Positions 47,827 to 64,000 of a DNA stretch of 64,000 nucleotides are shown piece by piece. The position numbers and the translations under genes were made by a program. The first letter of the stretch is position 1; each line of letters starts with the position of its first letter. Under the pieces are notes generated by a model, which had not been told where the DNA came from, ran no database searches, and was given only the letters and a program-made list of their open reading frames with translations. Origin of the DNA: Ministeria vibrans ATCC 50519 (Eukaryota; Protista; Filasterea); the NCBI GenBank assembly GCA_943704425.1, contig CALSCP010002154.1, forward strand, positions 32,127 through 96,126, read 5' to 3'.

Positions 47827-50116
47827 ATGCTGATTCGCACAGCACTAGGGCCACGTGTGGCGTTGGCAAGGCTATGCCGAACCATCAGGAAAGGGCCGCC
47901 GCCCAAGCCGCGTGTGGGCGTCAAACCGTCCAAAATGTATGTTGCACTGCACGGCAAGGCGAAGCCTCTGGGGACGCCCTCGCGCAACATGCTGCTTCAG
48001 AAGTCGTATGCCGTTCGCGAAGCCGTCAGCAATGTCGTCCTCAAAACGAACGCACCCCGCGCAGGCTCTCTGCGAGGAAATGAGGTACGCAATGTTCGTA
48101 GTTTTTTTTTTTTTTTTTTTTTTNNNNNNNNNNGGCGCGTCGTCAGTGGAAGACATGGACTGGCGGGAAGGACGTGAGGGAGGAGGGGGAGGGACGGTTG
48201 CATTTCAGTCTTTGTCTTTGGCTTTCGCCTTCGCGTTCTACCGCATTGCATTCTCAGCGGCATGGTGCATATACACACCTACAGTGACATTTCCTGTCTC
48301 TGATTTCTTTGCCGGGTGTTCTTTCGCCTTCTGCTTGTCGATGCGAGCCATCAACTTTTGTCTGTCTTTATGTTGATCTCACGTCATTCAACGTGTCGTC
48401 TTTCACTTGTCTCTTATGTTGATTTCACTTCATGCAACATGTCGTCTTTTACTTGTCTCTTATGTTGATTTCACTTCATGCAACATGTCGTATTTCACTT
48501 GTCTCTTATGTTGATTTCACTTCATTCAACATGTCGTCTTTCACTTGTCTCTTATGTTGATTTCACTTCATTCAACATGTCGTCTTTCACTTGTCTCTTA
48601 TGCTGATTTCACTTCATTCAACATGTCGTCTTTCACTTGTCTCTTATGTTGATTTCACTTCATTCAACATGTCGTCTTTCACTTGTCTCTTATGCTGATT
48701 TCACTTCATTCAACATGTCGTCTTTCACTTGTCTCTTATGTTGATTTCACTTCATTCAACATGTCGTCTTTCACTTGTCTTTTATGTTGATTTCACTTCA
48801 TTCAACATGTCGTCTTTCACTTGTCTCTTATGTTGATTTCACTTCATTCAACATGTCGTCTTTCACTTGTCTTTTATGTTGATTTCACTTCATTCAACAT
48901 GTCGTCTTTGTCTCTTATGTTGATTTCACTTCACTCAACATGTCTCCCTGATTGTCTTTACTCATTCCACGGTGCACTAATTGATTGGTTGTATACTCTC
49001 GTTCTCCCTCTAGATGCTGGGCACGTTTGCGCGCAAATGGTTTCTTGTCGATGCGCGCATTCAACCGCCCGGCCGCATTGCTTCCGTCATCCAACACTAC
49101 CTGACAGGCAAATACAAGCCCGTATGGGATCCCTCAGGTACGCGAACACGTTTTGCTTCAGAATATCGTCGTTAAAATAACCCGATTCAATGCATAGCGG
49201 ATGTGGGTGATCATGTTGTTGTTGTCAACGCTGGTCTCACCCACTTCACTGGAAGGAGATGGCGTCAGAAGACTTACTTTCACCACACCGGCTATGCGGT
49301 ATGGCTCAAACTTATTTCTTTTCTTATAATTTGGTTTTCTCAAATTCTATTGAAAATCATAATGACGGTGACGCGAACCCTGTCCAAAATGATATGCGTA
49401 TCCCAAATCATAACGCTGATGATATCCCAATGTTAAAGGGGACCATTCACACACATTTGTTATTCTTCTCTCACACGCACCTTTTTTATTGCTTCACATA
49501 GCGAGGCGTTCGACTCGTACCTGCCAATCGACTCCACGAAAAGAAACCAACAGAAGTACCACATACAAACACATACATACACACTAAGTACACACACAAA
49601 TTAATATTTTGCTTCTGTTTGTCTCCTCAGGTGATCCTACGCGCAGTGAAAGGAATGCTCCCGCACAACCGTCTGCGCAAAGTACACCTTGCCCGGTTGC
49701 ACCTGCACGTCGGAATGCCCGCCGAAGGCCACCCCCACCGCACCATGATCAACCACATCATCCGCGCGCCCCGTCCCTCTCTCCTTCTCTCCGAGAAACC
49801 CGAGACTGCTCACTTCACCGAGTTCAAGGAATCGTACACAGCGGAGCAGCTCGACGGTACACTATATTACTTTTATTTTGTTAGGGTTATGGTTAGGGTT
49901 AGGGTTAGGGTTTGAGTTATTATTATTTTTACATCAAAATGAACGACGACACTAAACTCATATTCTTTAGACCCCAACTTTACTCCCGAGTACGTCGAAT
50001 ACGAGCCGGTGGCGACACCCTTGGACTGGCGCAAAGAAGGCATCAGCAACGACGACGAAGACTTTGAAACGGCGCCTCTCATCCGCCCGTCAAAGGACGA
50101 TTACCCTTTGGAATAG
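47827..50116 (+). CDS. MRPL13: Mitochondrial ribosomal protein uL13m with long basic N-terminal extension, multi-exon
   Basis: [50 protein letters not shown]. Confidence 0.85.
48361..48945. repeat. 46-bp minisatellite, ~13 copies, with internal 7-bp dyad, in a uL13m intron
   Basis: Unit TTGTCTCTTATGTTGATTTCACTTCATTCAACATGTCGTCTTTCAC; period 46 between 48407 and 48821. Confidence 0.95.
49881..49910 (+). repeat. Short interstitial telomere-like (TTAGGG)n
   Basis: TTAGGG TTATGG TTAGGG TTAGGG TTAGGG. Confidence 0.7.
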
Positions 50117-50736
50117 GAAGAGGAGAAAAAGCATAAAAATTATTAGTGTAACAAACTGCTTATGTCGTCGACTGGGGTATGCATATAGTCATTACTCATA
50201 ATTATTATATTTTTTACATAAGATATTCAATATTGATTATTGGATATTTATTATTCACTTTTTTTTCTCCCTTCTCATGCCGAAATCTAAGTCAAAGGTA
50301 GAATATCGATTTACCTATTTTACATGCTATTGTGTCATTCTACCCGTGCCAACGTGAGCGGCTCTACCTTTCTTCGAAACGGAAAAAAAAAATACATAAT
50401 AATCGTGTTCTCGACACGTCTCACTTCTGTCTCGCACGCGCGTCTCGTACTCTCTTCTCCAATCTCTCCCCTCCAAACCAACTTGTGCTTTTTACAGCTT
50501 ACACAATCCACCCATCACATTCGCCTTCCACCTCTCTCTTCCCATCCGCTTAGATCATCGACCTTAGCTTCGAAATCGATTCACCACTTCACAACGACCC
50601 CCCTACCAGCTGCTTCATCGACCTTGTGAGCGACGACAACAACACCAGTGGCACTGATTGCGTCACTCGCACGAGCGATGGCCAAGCAGGCGCGTCGACA
50701 ACGCGAAGCGATGGTGTCGTTTCAGCAACAACCACA

Positions 50737-56574
<5,838 letters not shown>

Positions 56575-56804
56575 AAAGCTATGAGTAAAATTACAGAAAT
56601 GAAAATATGATTAGGAGGGTCTGTGAAAGTAGTTTGACAGTTGTGGTTTTGGAACGGATTTTTTTTGGTTGAACTTTGAACTTCTTTGATTTTTCAAATT
56701 TCACTCTTTTCGTTATTTTGTCGACATTCCTGTAGTCCACGTGATATACTTTCCTGAAACTTCGTTCCTTCTCTCTCTCTCCCTCTCTCTCTCTCTCAAT
56801 TTCC

Positions 56805-57560
56805 ATGTCGAATTCTGGTACATGACACACATGATGTCCATTATCTCTCATCCTCTCGATAGGTCCAAGCGCTCCACCTCCGGAGGATATGCCCCCGCCA
56901 TATGCTCAATCCGCTGCGTACCCACCTGTAGACAAGACTTATGCGTAAGACTGTTCGCACTTTTTTATGGCAATGAGAGGGGGAAAGTTCCCCCCAAAAA
57001 TATCTCTGACAAAAATTCTCGGTGTACTGTAGCGGCTACCCGCCAGCCTCTAGTCATCCGCCAGGTGCAGGTAGGCTGTTGCAAGGTGTCCTGTGAACCG
57101 TGCATAATGCTCTCTTTTCGTCCAGGCTATCCTCCGCAGCAGGGAGGCTATCCTCCGCCGCATCAGCAGGGGGGCTATCCTCCTCCTGGAGCCTATCCGC
57201 CTGCTCCCCAGCCGGGCTACCCGCCTCAACAGCAAGGCTATCCACCTAAACAGCAAGGCTATCCGCCGCAGGGGCTGCACCCTCAATTTAGTACGCGATA
57301 CAAGGTGTAGTGTTGCGCTTACAACGTGTGCTGTAGGTAACGTTCCTGCGCAGCACAGCGCTGTGATGCAGCCCGCAGGTGGGTACCCACCACCGCCTGT
57401 TCAGTACTACCAACCAGGACCACAGAGGACGGTGGTTATCACGCAAGGTCGAACGCAGGCACAGATTGATCAAGAGCGTCGCGCTCGCGAACAGGAACAG
57501 GAGTGCTGTGCCCTTGCCGTGTGTCTTTCTGCCTTGTGTTTCTGCTGCTGCGTCACTTGA
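56805..57560 (+). CDS. CYSTM-type proline/glutamine-rich tail-anchored protein, 5 exons
   Basis: PPPY motif, GYPPQ repeats, C-terminal CCALAVCLSALCFCCCVT; splice phases consistent. Confidence 0.75.
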
Positions 57561-57859
57561 TCAGTTGCAACCCATGAGGTCTTTTGGCCCCGTTCTAGGC
57601 CCAGCTCTTCGCCTTTTATCTCCTTGTATCAAAAAGACACTTTCCGATCTTGCAACTGAGTAACGCACAGAAACTCAAAGAATTCACACACAAAAGTAAA
57701 AAAGACAGGCGTCAGCTCAAATAGAGATGGGCCGATGGATGACGTAATGACTATGAACGGCACGAATAGAACCGTATTCATTCAAATATTCATTTTTGGT
57801 TTGCTATAATAATTTTTACTTTTTACTTTTCAGACGCATTATTATTATTGTCATTGGTC

Positions 57860-59431
57860 ATGAAAGTCGCCGCTGTGGTTGCCGTCATCGCCGTGCTGGC
57901 TGCCAACTACATCTATGGCATTGTTCGGGATCCACTGCTGTACACGTACACTGTCCACAAAGAGGGCATTATTCTCGTGACAGGTGATGGCACTGCTCCT
58001 TCCTTTGCTGTCGCTCATTCCGTTTGCAGGCGCCTCCTCGGGCATTGGACGGGACGCCGCGCTTCGCCTTGCCTCTGAAGGCTACACTGTGTTTGGTTCG
58101 GTCCGTCGTGCGGCGGATGGTGACGACCTCGTCGCAGAGGCGACGCATTCGTGGCCGGCAGGCACCGCTTCGCGCATGCATGCCATTGAGCTTGACGTCG
58201 CCAAACCAGACCAAATTGCCGCTGCCCTCGCCACTATCAAGGCGTTCATGGCAACCTCGGGCCTTCTCTTTGTCGGGCTTGTCAACAATGCGGGCGTTGG
58301 CGTGCTTAGTCCGTCTGAGCTGGCGCCCGAACAGCTGATTTTGCAGACATTTCAAGTCAACGTCTTTGGTCTAATCAACACGACGCAGACCTTTCTACCG
58401 CTTCTTCGCGCTAGCAAAGGACGCGTTGTTCAAATATCGTCGACAAGCGGCACAGTCAGCTCACCTGGAATGGTACCTACTAAGGCAACGTTTAACCTGT
58501 TTGACGCGACTCTCCGTCCGTTCATACGTAGGGTGTCTATGCAGCCACGAAACACGCTGTCGAGGGCTACAGCGGATCTCTCCGTCAAGAAATGGTTCAC
58601 TTTGGTGTCGCAGTGATTATTGTCGCTCCCGGTCCTATCCGCACCAAAATCCCCGGAAAGCTCTCCACAGCAGTAAAAAAAACAAAAGAGAGAGAGGAAG
58701 GAACAAAGTGATAGAGAGAGTGAAACAAAGTGATAGAGAGAGAAACAAAGTGATAGAGAGAAACAAAGTGATAGAGAGATAAACAAAGTGATAGAGAGAA
58801 ACAAAGTGATAGAGAGAAACAAAGTGATAGAGAGAAACAAAGCGATAGAGAGAAACAAAGTGATAGAGAGAGAAACAAAGTGATAGAGAGATAAACAAAG
58901 TGATAGAGAGAGAAACAAAGTGATAGAGAGAAACAAAGTGATAGAGAGAAACAAAGCGATAGAGAGAAACAAAGCGATAGAGAGAAACAAAGTGATAGAG
59001 AGAAACAAAGTGATAGAGAGAAACAAAGTGATGGAGAGAGAGAGGAAGGAACAAACAGAGAGAGTGTGTATGTGTGTGTGTGTGTGTGTGTGAACGAACA
59101 GTAAACAATCGACTCATTTTCTTTTTTTCTCTCTTTCTTTCTCTGTTAGGTGGACGAAGTGTTCTCGCGACTGGACCAGGAGACACTGGACGCATACGAC
59201 TGGATGTACCGGGCATTCAAAATGCTCCCCGAGAAAATTGAGCAGTTTATGCGATTCGCCTTGGAGACGAGCGCAACCTCAGATGCGATTGTGGACGCTT
59301 TCACCGCCGCACAGCCTTTCCCGCGAGTCGTGGTCGCACATCCGCTGGCCAAGGCCCGCAATGTGTTGTGCACACATGTGCTGGCCACCGCACTCTGTGA
59401 CTATGTTTCCCTCAAAGTGTACACGGAGTAA
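57860..59431 (+). CDS. Membrane-anchored short-chain dehydrogenase/reductase (RDH/BDH1-like)
   Basis: VTGASSGIG, LVNNAG, VNVFG, catalytic YAATK. Confidence 0.9.
58700..59045. repeat. Tandem ~19-21-bp AAACAAAGTGATAGAGAG(AG) minisatellite in the SDR intron
   Basis: Directly visible. Confidence 0.9.
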
Positions 59432-59458
59432 TAAAGGAAGGAGATACCAAGTACATTC

Positions 59459-61136
59459 TTAAAGTGGTGGGTTGGTAAGACGACGGGCCGACTGTAGGAC
59501 GTGCATGACCACGTCGGTGTTGTCTGCCGCGTCGTCGCTCAGTGCTGTCTTGCTTGGAGTCAGAACTGCACTTGCAATGCTGAAAAATAATTTTATAGTG
59601 CAAACAAACAAAGATACAAAGTGAGAGAGAGTGGAAAGTGAGAAGGTGGCACGCATGCAATACCTTGGAAAGTGCAGGATCTGAGTGAGTTCTGCTGCAC
59701 GACGGAGCACCACTGCCCCCTCATCTGCATTCCGATGCTACAAACATGCAATCCATAAGCACACAGTCCCAATCACACAAACACACACGGCATTGACTCT
59801 TTCTCTTTCTCTCTTTCTTATACCTGTTTGACAATCTTGGTCAGGGCCAATTGGACGCGCGGAGTAAGATCCTGACAGCGACTGGCAATTTTGGCAAGGG
59901 CGGTCATGAGGACAGTCATAAGGCGAGTCGTGTACTCGGTGGCGTCGTCAGAGAGTGCATTGCCAGTGAGTGACGAAGCAGACGCAGAAGAGACACTCTT
60001 TTGCTGACTGGTGACTGCATTAACTTCGTACGCAAACAGTTCAAGTGCTTCGTGATACAAGACAAGAACGTCCGACGTGCACCGCGGGTCACTGACCACA
60101 GACGCGTGCTCGCCAATAGCCCACACCAGATGCAGAAGCAGTTCCTCCTACAGAGAGAGGAAGGAGGAAGAAAAGAGAAAGAGGGGGGAAAATAGGAGCA
60201 AGAAAAGAGAGGGGGAAACAAACAAACAAGTGAAAAGAAACAAACAAAGTGATAGAAAGAGGAGTCAGTAACGTTTGGGCGAGGATCAGCGAACCTTCCC
60301 ATAGGATCCTCTGCGCTGTGAAATAAAGTCAATGAGTTCGTGTCGACAGTCACAAATGAGTCGCGGCTCAGCGGAGAAGAGCGAGACAACTTTAGAGGCG
60401 AGAACCTAAACAACAACAACAAAAAAAACAAAAAAAAATCAACAAACTACAATGCGAGAGAATGGAGAACAGATTACAAACTGAACGGTCTTCTGAAAAG
60501 GACGAAAGGGGAAAAGCACAGCAGCACGTTGAAGAAGAACTGGCAAGACGGCACGAATAAGGGGGGGCGCGGCACGGGCAAGAAGAGTGTGGAAGAAGGC
60601 ATGAAGCAAAGGGATGGTCGCCTCGCACGCAGACTGCACGCGCAGCCGTGGACTCGTTCCCTACAAAACAAGCAAGAAACAAAGGGACAGAAATTAATAC
60701 GTCATCATACATTGCTCACTATTAAATACCTCGACAAACTTTGAAAGGAGACGCGCAGTGGAGACAGACCAAAAACAGCAGCGGGAGCTCTCGCCAACAG
60801 CCTCGTTGCGCAGCAGATACGTCAGAAGAGGCGAAAAGAGCGCTGCGGACGGGCCCTGTTCGTACGAAGTCTCACGCGACTTTTCAAGGGCGAATGCGAC
60901 GGAGGGAAGATCCAAAATGCAATGGAATACCTTTGAGAGAGAGCAACAAAGTGTGAGAGAGAAACACACAGAAAAAAAAAACAACACGACTAATTCTTGA
61001 AATCGAGTGCGCTTACTTCGAGATACGTTTCGTTTGTGATAAAGGACGGAAGAAGATCAATAATATCAGTGAGAAGTGAACGTGGATTCCACGCCAGTGC
61101 CTTAAAGAAGACTGGAAAGTAAACCTCAAACACCTA

Positions 61137-61179
<43 letters not shown>

Positions 61180-62947
61180 NNNNNNNNNNAAAAAAAAAAA
61201 AAAACAAAAACAAAAGCACACGTTTGAAATCCCACTTACTTGCTCACTTTCAATATTACCTTCGAGTGTGCCTCGAGTGAGTCGCGTGCGTCAAGAGCAA
61301 ACTCAACTGCTTCAAAGGGCACTCGAGGGTCTGCGCTTGCGAGTGCGCGCGGGAGAACAGTGCCAAAGAAGAGTTCATACGCACCCTCAGACGAGTGCAT
61401 GACGACTGGACCAAACCGCGCAAGGAAGCGAAGAAATTGCGGATACACTGCCGCACTCGTATGAGTGTTGAGGCGGGAAAGAGCGCGCGTGAGTGGCGGA
61501 ACAAGACGCGGAATCAGCACAGAGAGCTGTGTGGAAGCGGACGAAATGCAGCTGAGAATCGAAATACACTCGACGGTCGCACTGTCAATCAGCTCCTAAG
61601 CAAAAATAAATATAAAAAAGTTAAAAATTAAAATTAAAAAAGCTGCGCGAAGACGTGCTGCAAGCTCATGCATTACTCGGTCTTCGTTCTTGGGCGGTCT
61701 GTCTTCGTCGTACGAGCGCCAATCCGCCTGCTCTAACACACGCAGACAGTACTCAATTGCCGTGTCACGCAGTCCCACCGACACTACATCGCCATTCCTG
61801 CTGTCTCCTTCTCCTTCTCTTTCTCTTTCTCTTCCTTCTTCATCCTCTTCTTCGTCTTCAATTTCTTCTTTGCCTTCGTCTTTTTGTCCTTGCTCTTCCA
61901 CTCTCTTCTTTGTCTTCTTCTTCTTTGTCTTCGTTGTCGTCTTCTTCTTCTTCTCGTGCGACTTTGCCTTGACACCTTGTGTTGCGGACCTGTGGCACAG
62001 CCACAAATTCAGACTCGAAAAGGCATGCACATTGAGCAGCTGATCAAGTGTGTATGTTTGAGACGTGTTGATGACTGTGAAGAACCCGCGCGCATTGGCT
62101 CCGTCCAGCTCCGTGATCGGCATGGGCTATGCACATGATTAGACCAGACAAGCAAGAAAAAAGGGTATTCTCTCTTCCCTCTGCCCTCTTGTTGATTACC
62201 TTTTTGGGGGCGACAAAGAGCGTTGAAGCGGAGCCTTGAGGGGCGGACACAGTACTGGCATGTCGCAACCATTGCTGCATGGCTTGGTCAATGGAAGCAT
62301 GCGCACTGACACTGGTGTGTCCGCGGCCCACCAGTTGCGAGAGAGTGTCGTACGACGCAACGCGTACGTCCGGCTCAATGCCGGGTGCCGTCACACACAT
62401 GGACAGGTAGGGGATGTACGAGAGGGTGCGCGAAATGGGCCCGAGCGACAAGAGTGCGGGAAGGGCAAGGGGAAGAGAGCGTCGCTCGACGGGCGGGCTG
62501 AAGTCGACAGGAAGCGATGGTGCCACAATGGAGGCAGAGCCGGCACAGTGGACGAGGAGCGACGCACAGAGCGTACGAGTGCGTTGCGACCCGAGAAATC
62601 CGTCTTGCGGCTCCGTCAGCAGAGTCATCAGCGCATTGATGAGGTTCTGGGGCAGCTGCAACGACGCTCGCGACGTGTTCACCGCCACAAACGCATGCAG
62701 TTGCCGTAGCGCATCCATCGTGTCCGACGCCTGAGGGGGTAAGCGAAGCGGTAGCGAAAAACAAAACGGATCAACATTCATTTTTTTCTTACCTGGCCCG
62801 AATTGATGGCATTCAGCATTGAATGCAGGAAGGCGGGGACATCCTACGCACCGGACAAGCGTCATCGCACACCACCCACACCACATACACAGTCTCTACC
62901 TGCTCAGGAAAGTCCCTTGCTTGTTCGAGCATTCGCAAACTTGCCAT
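59459..62947 (-). CDS. AP5Z1: AP-5 adaptor complex subunit zeta (SPG48), multi-exon
   Basis: MLEQARDF start, ITELDG..FFTVIN..DQLLNVHAFS.L..WL, LLHLVWAIGEHAS, LMTALAKIASRCQDL.PR. Confidence 0.85.
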
Positions 62948-63272
62948 TCTTCCAAAAGTGTCTCAAGCTACTGTGACAAACGCGATGAACAAGGGTCAGC
63001 CACGCAAACACTCGGCGTCAAGGATCAAGAGACAAGAAGCAGTGAACGGGTCCCTCTTGGATGAGATCAATCTCGGATTGAAGAAGAAAAAGTCAAGAAC
63101 TTACAAAAGAGTACAACAATGTTTCCTTTCGACCAACTTATGCTTTATAGACAGTTAGACACCGAGTCACCGACACTCTACCAGTGATAGACTTATTAGA
63201 CTTGATCGGTAATAGGTAAATCATTCCGATCAAGTTAAAAACCCAAATCATCATATTTTTCACATTCACAAC

Positions 63273-64000
63273 ATGCGCTTGATCGTCCTCCTTGTGGTCG
63301 GACTGGCAGTGCTTGCAACCGTTGCAAGGGTAGCAGAGGCAGCTGAGAGCTCGACGGATCTGTTCGCTGACGACGCCGAAGTTGCAGATGAGGTACACGC
63401 CATTCGTTCTCCTCTCTCTCTGTCTCTCTTTCTCTCTCTCTCTCTCGTTGGCTCCTTCTGCTGCTCCCTCTTCCCTGTTGCTTGCTTGCCCCTCCCCTTT
63501 CCTCACCAATCTCCACTACTGTGCACCATATCCCAATACCATCATTGCTTTTGTCTCTCTCTCTCTCTCTTCACTTCCGCCTCGTCTGCGTGCTCCATCA
63601 ACTCCCCGATACGGATTGGACTGGATCCTTCACCACCCACCGCCCTGCCTTGGGCGCTCCTCCTGCGTGCGTTTATTTCGTTTTTGTAGGATGATGATGT
63701 TGAGATTGTCGAGGCACCGCCACGCGTTGGACGCGACCACGACGACGACGACGCCGATGACGACGGCGGGACGCACACCCACGATGGCGACGACGATGAT
63801 GACGCGTCCATTGAGATCGAAGATGCCGACCAGGAGAAGCCCCAGCCGAAAAAGCAGGTGAGAGTGTTCTATCTTTGCGATTTTGACTCGTGGATGACTC
63901 ATTGCTTATGATATTGTTTCATGTTTGTGTAGGCCCCTCGATCTGCTCGGATTCGCACGCCTTTCCGTCCCCAAGTATGCTTACTCTTGTCTACCCCCCC
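63273..64000 (+). CDS. 5' part of a signal-peptide protein with acidic N-terminal region (possibly CCDC47-like); truncated by window end
   Basis: MRLIVLLVVGLAVLA signal peptide followed by D/E-rich exons joined by GT-AG introns. Confidence 0.5.

Noticed and set aside
48361-48945. CRISPR-like array (palindromic repeats at regular spacing)
   Set aside because: No unique spacers, no cas genes, and it lies inside a spliceosomal intron; it is a minisatellite.

Overview
Gene-dense, intron-rich eukaryotic nuclear DNA with GC-rich exons, AT- and microsatellite-rich GT-AG introns, and four 10-N scaffold gaps (6336-6345, 39196-39205, 48124-48133, 61180-61189). About 27 protein-coding genes or fragments are recognisable. 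The gene mix (flagellar CFAP97D, fungal-type sulfite reductase subunits, DAP5/eIF4G2, myotrophin, coupling factor B, PPP1R37, AP5Z1, COMMD7) suggests a flagellated unicellular opisthokont, probably a holozoan (inference). All identifications are by-eye motif recognition; no database searches were run. Main findings: (1) a ~1458-aa WD40-Roc GTPase-COR-metacaspase-like protease gene, with six WD40 repeats each on its own symmetric phase-2 exon, a candidate sensor-switch-protease immune/cell-death system; (2) a DAP5-type eIF4G that appears to start at CUG; (3) an F-box/ankyrin ORF fused in frame to RFT1; (4) the first two exons of cytosolic aconitase lie 9.1 kb from the rest, can also splice in frame to sulfite reductase beta, and exon 2 is bracketed by a 57-nt inverted repeat, meaning either real exon sharing/nesting or a misjoin at a poly-A tract; (5) an intronless phage/giant-virus-type RNA ligase.
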